Below, piece by piece: positions 1 through 8,693 of a DNA stretch of 64,000 nt. Made by a program: the position numbers and the translations under genes. The DNA lies in assembly GCA_025451235.1 (NCBI GenBank), contig JANWKT010000025.1:56201-120200 (forward strand). The letters are read 5' to 3'. Position 1 is the first letter of the stretch. Each line of letters begins with the position of its first letter. Source of the DNA: Flavobacteriales bacterium (lineage in GTDB: Bacteria; Bacteroidota; Bacteroidia; CAIKAF01). The notes under the pieces were generated by a model. That model saw only the letters and a list, made by a program, of their open reading frames with translations, made no database searches and had not been told where the DNA came from.

Positions 1-3
1 TTA

Positions 4-795
4 TTGGCACTATACCTGGTTTATAAAAAAATTGATCGCCAAATTCTTCTTTCTATGGTGAAGGAAATGAATTGGCCCTGGCTGGTTCCGGCATTCATTC
101 TTTTCAACATTTCCAAGGTATTTTCATCCATTCGCTTAGCCGGACTGCTGGAAAATGTGGGAATCAAAATAGAGCATCGTGATAATTTAAAACTTTATTA
201 CAAGGGTATGTTTTATAATTTATTTCTCCCCGGAGGCATTGGAGGAGACGCTTATAAAACCTATATACTTAACAAAAACAGCCAAGTACCTTTAAAAAAA
301 TTAGTGGGTACCATGCTATACGACCGAGTTAGCGGATTGATCGTTTTATGTTTGATCAGCTTATTGTTGGCCTTTGATGTGCTCAATGCCTATAAAATAT
401 ATACCCTTGTTTTGGCTATTGTATGTATACCCGCCGGTTATGTATTTACCTTGTTTATATTTCCATCACATAAAAAGAATTTTATCACCAGTCAGTTTTA
501 TTCTTTGCTGGTACAGGTCTCTCAGATATTTGCAGTGGTATGCATTTTAAAGGCTTTGCAGGTGAAATTCGTGGCCTATTTCAGTTATTTATTATTGTTC
601 ATGGTATCTTCCATAGCAGCAGTAATTCCTATAACCATTGGTGGTGCTGGGGCCAGGGAAGTGGTATTTTTGTATGGCAAAAAAATGATCGACGTTTCTG
701 CGGAAACTGGTATTGCCGTTGGATTGATCTTCTTCCTGATCACCAGCATGTCATCGTTGATAGGGATTTTCCTGAAATATAAGCCTAAGGATTGA
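4..795 (+). CDS. Polytopic membrane protein, lysylphosphatidylglycerol-synthase-TM/flippase-like domain (possibly 5'-truncated at window edge)
   Basis: ORF track 263 aa. Multiple hydrophobic segments and a 'LPGGIGGDAYK' motif typical of the LPG_synthase_TM/UPF0104 family. The frame is open to the window start. Confidence 0.6.
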   Translation: MALYLVYKKIDRQILLSMVKEMNWPWLVPAFILFNISKVFSSIRLAGLLENVGIKIEHRDNLKLYYKGMFYNLFLPGGIGGDAYKTYILNKNSQVPLKKLVGTMLYDRVSGLIVLCLISLLLAFDVLNAYKIYTLVLAIVCIPAGYVFTLFIFPSHKKNFITSQFYSLLVQVSQIFAVVCILKALQVKFVAYFSYLLLFMVSSIAAVIPITIGGAGAREVVFLYGKKMIDVSAETGIAVGLIFFLITSMSSLIGIFLKYKPKD

Positions 796-823
796 TTGGT
801 TAGACCACTTCCCGGCTATCCAA

Positions 824-862
824 TAAAAAAGCTGCCCCGGATCGGAGCAGCTTATCAAAAAA
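824..862 (-). terminator. Intrinsic terminator hairpin between convergent genes
   Basis: agctgccccggatcggagcagct stem-loop flanked by an A-run on + strand, i.e. a T-run on - strand, immediately downstream of the minus gene ending at 877. Confidence 0.55.
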
Positions 863-876
863 TAAATATTCTATTT

Positions 877-1482
877 TTAGAATACTCCTAACTTCATTAA
901 GGTAAGCAGTATAGAAGCAGCTAAAGCAAACGTAATTCCAAGGATCAAAAACACCAGAAATAAGGTAAAATCATAAAAGGTGGTACTTAACAGCATGATG
1001 ATGGCAATTAAAATGAAAATAAACGCCAGAACATAGAAGATGATCAATAGGATCAACGGTACATTGGCGTGGGTTTTCTTGGCTTCCTTTACCTTCAGCC
1101 ATTTGCTATCCTCTTTTACTTTCTGGGTAAATAATTGTCTATCTGTTTTCTTATTTGCATGGGTAGTTTTCACCTCCTTAACCACTGTTTTTACCGGTGT
1201 ATTGGGCACTATCACTTCTTCAGGTGAAGAAGAAGCCACCGTAGTTTCGTCAACAGAGGGGTTTGTTTTTTCCATGTCGGCTGACATATAACCCGTGGTT
1301 ATATTTGCGGGCAACGATGGGTTTTTCTTTTCTTGTTTTTCAATGGCTTGTTCCGTTCGGTTAATATCGACCTTTACACGAGGCACATGTTTATAACGGG
1401 CTTGAGCAGAGGCAACGGTAAACACCAAACATATGGCAAAAATAGTGGTACTGATTTTTTTAAATACATTCATAGGTTTCAT
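877..1482 (-). CDS. Hypothetical protein, signal peptide then Thr/Ser/Lys-rich region then C-terminal double TM; paralog of 1621..2232
   Basis: 201 aa. N-terminal hydrophobic signal ending 'AQARYKHVPRVKVD' and C-terminal hydrophobic helices. Clear paralogy with the next gene. Confidence 0.6.
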   Translation of the reverse strand: MKPMNVFKKISTTIFAICLVFTVASAQARYKHVPRVKVDINRTEQAIEKQEKKNPSLPANITTGYMSADMEKTNPSVDETTVASSSPEEVIVPNTPVKTVVKEVKTTHANKKTDRQLFTQKVKEDSKWLKVKEAKKTHANVPLILLIIFYVLAFIFILIAIIMLLSTTFYDFTLFLVFLILGITFALAASILLTLMKLGVF

Positions 1483-1563
1483 TGGCTAAAAATTGAAGGT
1501 TTATACTTTTTCTCAAATAGTATGATAAAAATAGAACTTTAACATAGAAATCAAAACCCTTTC

Positions 1564-1603
1564 AAAAAAAAACCCCTCTGCTGATAGACAGAAGGGATTT
1601 TTC
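1564..1603 (-). terminator. Intrinsic terminator (A-run / cccctctg..cagaaggg hairpin / T-run), usable in both directions
   Basis: Hairpin 1573-1596 with a poly-A on the 5' side and 'attttt' on the 3' side. It lies directly downstream of the minus gene ending at 1621. Confidence 0.6.
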
Positions 1604-1620
1604 TTTGAATAAAGTATTTC

Positions 1621-2232
1621 TTACATAACTCCTGTTAAGCCCAGGATCAATACTATAAATGCACCTAAGAAACATAATCCGGCAAATATCCAGAAAATAA
1701 GACCTAGTACAGCGGTAGTATAATAAAGAGCAACAGAGAATACAATCGCAAGGATCAGGAATAGAACTGCAGCAGAAATAAGAATGATAAAGATCAACAA
1801 CCATCTTTCCAGGTTGCTTTTCTTCACTTCTTTAACATCCATCAATTTGGTGTTTTCTTTTAGTTTTTGAGTAAAAGAACCCTTATCCGCTTTCTTATTG
1901 TTTTTTACCACTTTATTGGCAGAAGTGGTGGTCTTGTGATCAACCACAACTACATTTTCAGAAGTAGAAGCCACTGAAGTATTATCGGAAGAGGTAGTAG
2001 GTACTGTAGCCACTGCCTTGTTTTCATCAACATTGATATATTCAGCAGTAGTAGTGGTAGCTGCCGGTGTAACGGTTGCCTTTTCTTTGGTAGCCATTTT
2101 TTCGGTCTTTTTACCTTCTACTTTAACACGAGGTACATGTTTGTAGCGGGATTGGGCATTGGCAGCAGTTAACATGAATGTTAATGCCAATAGAGCTAAT
2201 GCATAGTTTTTAATGGAGTTAAGTGATTTCAT
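1621..2232 (-). CDS. Hypothetical protein, signal peptide then low-complexity T/S/V/K-rich region then C-terminal TM helices; paralog of 877..1482
   Basis: 203 aa with a shared motif 'AQSRYKHVPRVKVEGKK'. Same architecture as the neighbouring gene. Confidence 0.6.
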   Translation of the reverse strand: MKSLNSIKNYALALLALTFMLTAANAQSRYKHVPRVKVEGKKTEKMATKEKATVTPAATTTTAEYINVDENKAVATVPTTSSDNTSVASTSENVVVVDHKTTTSANKVVKNNKKADKGSFTQKLKENTKLMDVKEVKKSNLERWLLIFIILISAAVLFLILAIVFSVALYYTTAVLGLIFWIFAGLCFLGAFIVLILGLTGVM

Positions 2233-2624
2233 CTTGTAGTCGTTTTAGGTAAGTTATTATTTATTAAGTCCAACCAAATGTAAAACTTAATTTTATAACA
2301 TCAAACTTACCTGTAAAATCAATAGAAATAAGTTTTAACCCAGGTATGTAAATAACTTAGAGCCTGAAACCCTTGATATTTGCTAAAATATTATATGCCC
2401 GTCATTCAAATAGCAGATAATAATGGCATATTTCTACCCCATTACCGCTATTGAATCTCATGCCCAACCCGTATGGACCATATAGGCCGGAGTTACATGG
2501 CGGAGACTGCTCATCTATTTAGCTATTTTATTAAGTTTGCGTTGAATTTATGGGCTATCTTTATCATGGGATAATAAGATTTCCCTTTAAACAGGTAAAA
2601 ACACCAGATTAAGTTAATAAAAAC

Positions 2625-3371
2625 ATGAAAAAGTTAGTAATTATCCGCCACGGCCAAAGTGATTGGAACCTGGAAAACCGCTTTACCGGATGGGCGGATG
2701 TTCCTTTAACCGAAAGAGGGGTAATAGAAGCTGGAAAAGCCGGAAGAACGCTGAAGGAAAATGGATTTCAATTTGGCCTGGCCTATACATCCTATTTAAA
2801 AAGGGCTATAAAAACGCTGTGGTTATTGTTGGAAGAAATGGACCAGATGTATATTCCTGTATACAATTCATGGAGATTAAATGAAAAGCACTATGGAACG
2901 TTAACCGGATTGAATAAGGCTGAAACTGCCGAAAAATATGGAGAAGAACAAGTAAAGTTATGGAGGAGAGGATTTGCTATTGCACCTCCTGCATTAGCCA
3001 CTACCGATCCTTTGCATCCTTGTAATGATAGTAAGTATGCCGGTATCAATAAAAACCTTCTTCCTGGAACCGAATCCCTCAAAGATACCATCGACCGTAT
3101 TATGCCCTATTGGAATGATACCATTGTTCCATCTTTTCAGCATCATGACCAGATTTTGATAGCGGCACACGGAAACAGCTTAAGAGGGATTGTGATGCAT
3201 TTGAAAGGGCTTTCAGAAGAGGAGATCCTTGAAATTAATATTCCTACTGGTATACCTTACGTGTTTGAATTATCAGATCAGCTGGAGTTGGTGAAGGATT
3301 ACTACCTGGCCGATGAAGAAGAGCTCAAAAAATTAATGAACGAAGTGGCCTCACAAGGAAAAGCAAAATAG
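2625..3371 (+). CDS. gpmA: 2,3-bisphosphoglycerate-dependent phosphoglycerate mutase
   Basis: N-terminus 'VIIRHGQSDWNLENRFTGWADVPLTERG' with the catalytic RHG motif and a typical dPGM length of 248 aa. Confidence 0.9.
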   Translation: MKKLVIIRHGQSDWNLENRFTGWADVPLTERGVIEAGKAGRTLKENGFQFGLAYTSYLKRAIKTLWLLLEEMDQMYIPVYNSWRLNEKHYGTLTGLNKAETAEKYGEEQVKLWRRGFAIAPPALATTDPLHPCNDSKYAGINKNLLPGTESLKDTIDRIMPYWNDTIVPSFQHHDQILIAAHGNSLRGIVMHLKGLSEEEILEINIPTGIPYVFELSDQLELVKDYYLADEEELKKLMNEVASQGKAK

Positions 3372-3390
3372 CCCTTCAATTACTTAAGAT

Positions 3391-4113
3391 ATGCCAAAAA
3401 AATGGGTCATAGCCGATATTCATGGGTGCTTTCAGACGTTGAAAGCATTGATGGAAAATAAGATATGTCCTGATCCAACTGATACCCTCTATTTTTTGGG
3501 GGACTATATCGACAGGGGGCCGAACAGCAAGGAAGTGATCGATTATATGATGGTACTGCAAAGTTCCAACATGCATATTGTACCATTGATGGGCAACCAT
3601 GAGGAAAGTATGATCCAGAGTATACTAGAAGCAAAGAGCCAGCCCAAAAAATGGTTGGGGCTGTTCAAAAAACCTTACCATACCCGAACAGCATGGTATA
3701 ATTTCGGGGGGGAACAGACCATGAAGAGTTTTGGTGTGGATGACCCGGCCCTTATTCCCGGAGAATATTTTGAATGGCTTAACCGCCTGCATAATTATGC
3801 TATCGAGGATAAGTACCTTTTGTCGCATGCCGGTTTTAATTTTGAAATGGATAATATTTTTGAAGATACTGACTCCATGCGATGGATAAGAGATTTTAAT
3901 GTAGATATGACAAAAACCAAAGGCAAAAAAGTGATCCATGGCCATGTCCCGGTTAAACTTGAATTGATCGAAGAATCCGTCTCCAATCCAAAATTCAATT
4001 TTATTGATCTGGACAATGGATGTGTGTTTAAAAACAGACCTGGCATGGGAAATCTAATCGCCTTCGAACTCAATTCATCGGAGCTCATTATTCAACCCAA
4101 TATAGAAGAGTAG
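3391..4113 (+). CDS. Calcineurin-like metallophosphoesterase (PPP-family Ser/Thr phosphatase / ApaH-like)
   Basis: Motifs 'DIHG' (DxH), 'GDYIDRG' (GDxxDRG) and 'GNHE' in canonical order; 240 aa. Confidence 0.8.
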   Translation: MPKKWVIADIHGCFQTLKALMENKICPDPTDTLYFLGDYIDRGPNSKEVIDYMMVLQSSNMHIVPLMGNHEESMIQSILEAKSQPKKWLGLFKKPYHTRTAWYNFGGEQTMKSFGVDDPALIPGEYFEWLNRLHNYAIEDKYLLSHAGFNFEMDNIFEDTDSMRWIRDFNVDMTKTKGKKVIHGHVPVKLELIEESVSNPKFNFIDLDNGCVFKNRPGMGNLIAFELNSSELIIQPNIEE

Positions 4114-4120
4114 GTATTGC

Positions 4121-4675
4121 ATGAACAGGATCGTTATTACCGGTGGACCGGGTTTTGGTAAATCAAGTATTGTTCATGAGTTGGAATCAAGAGGATACCA
4201 TGTATTTCATGAAATATCGAGGGAGATCATTGAAGCGCAAAAATTGACCGGTGGTGAGGTAGTTCCCTGGAAAGACCATCATGCATTCAATGAAGCCGTT
4301 TTTAAAGGCAGGCTTTCTCAATACCATGCGGCCACCGATGGGAGCAAGCTTTATTTTTTTGATCGGGCGGTGCCCGATTCACTGGCTTATTTATTGGCGG
4401 ATGAAAAAATAGTTCCAGCGGATTTTGTGGAAGAAGCCCGGTTATGTAATTATTACCACTATGTGTTTATTACTCCTCCTTGGGAAGATATTTATAGAAA
4501 AGATGATCAACGTTGGGAAGGTTTTGAGTATGCCATGAAAATCCATCATAATATAGAAAAATATTATGCAGAAATGAACTATCAATTGGTTGAAATCCCA
4601 CAACTGGATGTTTCAGAAAGGGTGGATTTTATTTTAAATTATCTCAAAAAAGACTTTGCAGGGTACATCATTTGA
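4121..4675 (+). CDS. Small P-loop NTPase (AAA-like ATPase/kinase)
   Basis: Walker A 'GGPGFGKSS' at residues 8-16; 184 aa. Starts 8 bp after the phosphatase gene. Confidence 0.7.
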   Translation: MNRIVITGGPGFGKSSIVHELESRGYHVFHEISREIIEAQKLTGGEVVPWKDHHAFNEAVFKGRLSQYHAATDGSKLYFFDRAVPDSLAYLLADEKIVPADFVEEARLCNYYHYVFITPPWEDIYRKDDQRWEGFEYAMKIHHNIEKYYAEMNYQLVEIPQLDVSERVDFILNYLKKDFAGYII

Positions 4676-4698
4676 GCCAAAGTCGACTTAATGATCAA

Positions 4699-4724
4699 TT
4701 TTTTTTGCTGGCGCAAAAAAAAAA
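4699..4724 (+). terminator. T8-GC..GC-A10 hairpin downstream of the ATPase gene
   Basis: ttttttttgctggcgcaaaaaaaaaa is self-complementary and sits 24 bp after the stop codon. Confidence 0.35.
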
Positions 4725-4730
4725 TAGTTC

Positions 4731-4929
4731 GCGCAGATTTCGCAGATTTTCACCGATCCGTACGTCACTGATACGTTTACCTCCGGGCGGCTTTCATCTC
4801 TGTTATTTCCCAAAAGCTTATTAAGGATAATTACAATGTCATCCGCCGTAGGCGGATACATTAGCGGGATGAAAGCCGCCGAAGGGAATGGTGGAGCAAA
4901 AGCATCCACGAAAATCTGCGAAATCTGCG
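4731..4929. repeat. ~200-bp nested imperfect palindrome with perfect 20-bp terminal inverted repeats
   Basis: cgcagatttcgcagattttc (4732-4751) is the exact reverse complement of gaaaatctgcgaaatctgcg (4910-4929). Inner stems are cggcggctttcatc / gatgaaagccgcc and atccgcc-gta-ggcggat. Confidence 0.6.
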
Positions 4930-5009
4930 GGAACAAAACAGGTGAGCCGCCAGGCGAACCAACAGGAACAAATAAGTGAGGTGTTCAAAAAAATCATAAT
5001 TTTGATAAG

Positions 5010-6923
5010 TTGGCAACCATTCACGAGATATTAAAAGAACATTGGGGTTATGACCGGTTCAGGTCATTACAGGAGGATATTATCAAATCGGTGATAGCAG
5101 GTAATGATACCTTGGCCCTATTACCTACCGGTGGAGGTAAGTCTCTTTGTTTCCAGGTTCCAGGAATCTTCCTTTCGGGAACTACTTTGGTGGTAAGTCC
5201 ATTGATCGCTTTAATGAAGGACCAGGTAAAGAATCTCAAAGATAAAGGGATCAAGGCAGAAGCCATTTATTCCGGATTGAATTACTTTCAGGTAAACGAG
5301 ATCATCGATACCTGTATCCACGGAGATATTAAGTTTTTATATGTATCCCCCGAAAGGCTGGCCAATGAAGAGTTCAGGGAGCGGTTAAAAAAAATAAAAC
5401 TCAACCTTTTGGCAATTGATGAAGCACATTGTATCTCGCAATGGGGATACGATTTCAGGCCACCATATTTAAAAATTGCTGAAGTCAGAAACGATTTTCC
5501 GGAAATTCCGGTAGTTGCTTTAACAGCCACTGCTACAACTAAGGTGGTAGAGGATATCCAGCAAAAATTAAAGTTCAAGCAAAAAAATGCATACCGGAAA
5601 AGTTTTAAAAGGGATAACCTGGTATATGCAGTACTGGAGGACGAAACCAAGAATGAAAAACTTCTGCGTTTTTTAAATTCTGTTCCTGGCAGTGCAGTTG
5701 TATATGTACGGAATCGGGCAAAAGCACAAATGATCAGTGAACTCCTGGAAGAAAATCATATTTCATCCAGTTTTTATCATGCAGGACTTCAAAATAAGAT
5801 CAGGGATGAACGGCAAGAGGAATGGATCAAGGATAAAATAAGAGTGATCGTGGCTACCAATGCCTTCGGAATGGGGATCGATAAGCCGGATGTAAGGTTG
5901 GTGGTACATATGGACCTGCCTGATAGCCTGGAGGCTTATTTCCAGGAAGCAGGCCGGGGTGGCAGAGACGAAAAGTCGGCTTATGCCATTGCCTTATGGA
6001 ATAAATCTGACCTGATCGACCTGGAAAAATATTTTCAAGATGCTTTTCCTCCGCCAGAGGCCATTAAAAGGTTGTATGAGGCCATTTGTAACCATCTTCA
6101 GGTGGCAGAATTAAGCGGTACCGATACTACCCATACCATATATCCGGATAGGTTTCTGCAAGACTTCAATATCTCATCCACCCTTTTCTTCAACGGTATT
6201 CGTTTTTTAGAACGACAAGGATTGTTGACATTTTCGGATGTAGAACAGTCCTTTTCGAAAGTGCATTTCCATAGAGACGACCTTGTATATGACGATTATA
6301 CATTAGAGCAGGCGGATGTTTTAAAATCGTTGCTGAGGAATTACGAAGGATTATTTGATAATTACGTACGTATCAATGAAAAACTCATCGCCAATAAAAC
6401 CCATATTCCTATTAATAATATTATCAAAGACCTGCATAAGCTCAACGAATTGGATGCCATTAGGTATGCTCCACCCAGAAGGGGGTTCAGCATTACTTTC
6501 ATGCAAAACAGGGTACCCCTTCAGTTCTTCAACTTATCCCAGGAAACCTATGCGGAAAGAAAAGAAATAGCCCGGCAAAAGCTGGACGCAGTAACTCAAT
6601 ATGTAAGCAGGACAGATAAATGTAGAAGCAGGATATTATTAGAATATTTTGGTGAAACCAAGTCGGTGAATTGCGGCAAGTGTGACTTTTGCAAAAATGC
6701 CATGCAGCATAAAGAGGCGGATAGTGATTATGTGGAACTCTTGGCATTTTTGGCTAAATTTCCAGAACCGGAAATTGATATCATCGAATTGTATAAGTTG
6801 CAACCGGCTGTAAAAAAACATTCGGGGACCTTGTTCCGCTGGTGCATTGATAAAGGTTATTTAACTATGCTACCGGGCAATAAGCTCTCCATCAATAAAG
6901 ACGAAATAGTAAAAGTGTTGTAG
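5010..6923 (+). CDS. recQ: ATP-dependent DNA helicase RecQ
   Basis: Motifs 'LPTGGGKSLCFQ', 'IDEAHCISQWGYDFRP', 'VVHMDLPDSLEAYFQEAGRGGRD' and a C-terminal Cys cluster 'CGKCDFC'; 637 aa. Confidence 0.9.
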   Translation: MATIHEILKEHWGYDRFRSLQEDIIKSVIAGNDTLALLPTGGGKSLCFQVPGIFLSGTTLVVSPLIALMKDQVKNLKDKGIKAEAIYSGLNYFQVNEIIDTCIHGDIKFLYVSPERLANEEFRERLKKIKLNLLAIDEAHCISQWGYDFRPPYLKIAEVRNDFPEIPVVALTATATTKVVEDIQQKLKFKQKNAYRKSFKRDNLVYAVLEDETKNEKLLRFLNSVPGSAVVYVRNRAKAQMISELLEENHISSSFYHAGLQNKIRDERQEEWIKDKIRVIVATNAFGMGIDKPDVRLVVHMDLPDSLEAYFQEAGRGGRDEKSAYAIALWNKSDLIDLEKYFQDAFPPPEAIKRLYEAICNHLQVAELSGTDTTHTIYPDRFLQDFNISSTLFFNGIRFLERQGLLTFSDVEQSFSKVHFHRDDLVYDDYTLEQADVLKSLLRNYEGLFDNYVRINEKLIANKTHIPINNIIKDLHKLNELDAIRYAPPRRGFSITFMQNRVPLQFFNLSQETYAERKEIARQKLDAVTQYVSRTDKCRSRILLEYFGETKSVNCGKCDFCKNAMQHKEADSDYVELLAFLAKFPEPEIDIIELYKLQPAVKKHSGTLFRWCIDKGYLTMLPGNKLSINKDEIVKVL

Positions 6924-6932
6924 TTTTGTAAA

Positions 6933-7172
6933 ATGTTTTTCAAGAAACTGTTCATATTACCCATCCGGTTTTACCAATGGTGCATTAGTCCGCTGATGCC
7001 CTCCTCCTGTAGATTCCAGCCCACCTGTTCTGCTTATATGATCGATGCCATTAAGATCCACGGTCCTTTAAAAGGTACCTGGTTAGGTTTAAAGAGAATA
7101 GGTAGATGCCATCCCTGGGGCGGCAGCGGATATGATCCGGTGCCGGAAAAAAAGTGTGATCATAAGCATTAG
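6933..7172 (+). CDS. yidD: Membrane protein insertion efficiency factor YidD
   Basis: 79 aa with '[46 protein letters not shown]', the conserved YidD core. Confidence 0.85.
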   Translation: MFFKKLFILPIRFYQWCISPLMPSSCRFQPTCSAYMIDAIKIHGPLKGTWLGLKRIGRCHPWGGSGYDPVPEKKCDHKH

Positions 7173-7231
7173 AGGCTTCCATCCTTAAGCCATTAAATGA
7201 TTATATTGGTGCACTCATATCTAGTAGTTAA

Positions 7232-8407
7232 ATGCTGAAATACATTACCAGAACAGTTTGGGTCTTATCCATCATTAGTTTTTTAAATGACGCTGCCAGC
7301 GATTTACTTTATCCTGTACTTCCTATTTATTTAAAAAGTATTGGATACTCAGTGGTCATCATTGGTATTATGGAAGGAATTGCCGAATTGGTGGCTGGTT
7401 TCAGTAAAGGATATTTTGGAAAATGGTCGGACCATACAGCTAAAAGAAAACCTTTTGTACAACTGGGCTATGCTTTGAGTGCCTTATCAAAACCTATGCT
7501 GATCATTTTTGCATATCCAGCATGGGTATTTTTCTCCAGATCGCTGGATAAGCTGGGAAAAGGGCTCCGAACGGGTGCCCGTGATGCCATCTTATCCGAT
7601 GAGGCAACTCCACAAACCAAAGGAAAAGTATTCGGATTCCATAGATCCATGGATACATTCGGAGCAGTCCTGGGTCCAACCATTGCATTGATCTATCTGC
7701 ACTTTTATCCGAAGGATTACATCAATCTTATCCTCATCACCATTATTCCAGGATTATTAACTGTGCTTTCTACTTTTTTTATCAAAGAAAAAAAACGCGA
7801 ACCAAAACCAAAAGGAGAAATCAAGAAATTATTTATTCCATTTAGCTATTGGAGATCCAGTTCGGCGAACTATAAAAAACTGGTGATAGGTTTACTGGTT
7901 TTTACCTTGTTCAATAGCTCTGATGTGTTTTTATTATTAAAAGCAAAAGAAGCAGGACTGGATGATACCGGGGTGATAGGTGTGTATATCTTCTTTAATT
8001 TAATATATGCACTGTTTGCTTTCCCAATTGGTATTCTGGCTGATAAAATAGGGCTTAAAAAGGTATTCATTATTGGTCTGATCATTTTTGCGACAGTATA
8101 TGGCTGTATTTCCTTATGTACAAATCTTTATTTCTTTGGGGTTCTCTTTTTTCTGTATGGAATATTTGCCGCCTGCAGTGAAGGAATATCAAAGGCATGG
8201 ATCTCAAACATTGTAGACAAAAAAGATACTGCCACTGCTATTGGTGGATTCAGCGGATTTCAAAGCGTTAGCGCTTTTTTTGCCAGTGCCCTTACCGGCT
8301 TTATTTGGTATCAATTTGGCTCGATGGCCGCATTTTTAACAATTTCAGGGGTTACCTTTTGCGTAATTGTGTACTTCATAGTAGCAGTCCCTTATAAGAA
8401 AGCATAG
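7232..8407 (+). CDS. MFS transporter
   Basis: 391 aa with about 12 hydrophobic helices and an MFS-like loop 'DKLGKGLRTGARDAILSD'. Confidence 0.8.
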   Translation: MLKYITRTVWVLSIISFLNDAASDLLYPVLPIYLKSIGYSVVIIGIMEGIAELVAGFSKGYFGKWSDHTAKRKPFVQLGYALSALSKPMLIIFAYPAWVFFSRSLDKLGKGLRTGARDAILSDEATPQTKGKVFGFHRSMDTFGAVLGPTIALIYLHFYPKDYINLILITIIPGLLTVLSTFFIKEKKREPKPKGEIKKLFIPFSYWRSSSANYKKLVIGLLVFTLFNSSDVFLLLKAKEAGLDDTGVIGVYIFFNLIYALFAFPIGILADKIGLKKVFIIGLIIFATVYGCISLCTNLYFFGVLFFLYGIFAACSEGISKAWISNIVDKKDTATAIGGFSGFQSVSAFFASALTGFIWYQFGSMAAFLTISGVTFCVIVYFIVAVPYKKA

Positions 8408-8693
8408 GCCACCGATAAATGGCTGCGATCGGGGTCTTTTGTTGAACTAATTAATTTAATCAAAACATGAAAAAAATCCAATGGTTACCTATCCCGCATT
8501 TGTTGACCCAGGTATCACCGCTCTCCGCCGAAGGGGTGAGTACCCAACTTATTTGCACGTTTACCCCTGAGCCGGAGCTCTTTATCAGCCCACAGATGGG
8601 TAATAATTTAACTATTTGAGTGTTGGTTAATCTAAAAATACTATATTTGTGACTCATAGAATAATAATTTACACAAACCAAAACGGGGCTTAT

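Noticed and set aside
4688-5024. Minus-strand ORFs (82 and 61 aa) over the large palindrome
   Set aside because: The frames arise from the symmetry of the palindrome. They have a Pro/Ala-rich odd composition and no start context.
8460-8681. 73-aa minus-strand ORF / possible tRNA in the 8408-8693 intergenic region
   Set aside because: No cloverleaf could be drawn (no T-arm GTTCRANYC or acceptor/CCA context). The ORF lacks features and overlaps the OmpA promoter region.
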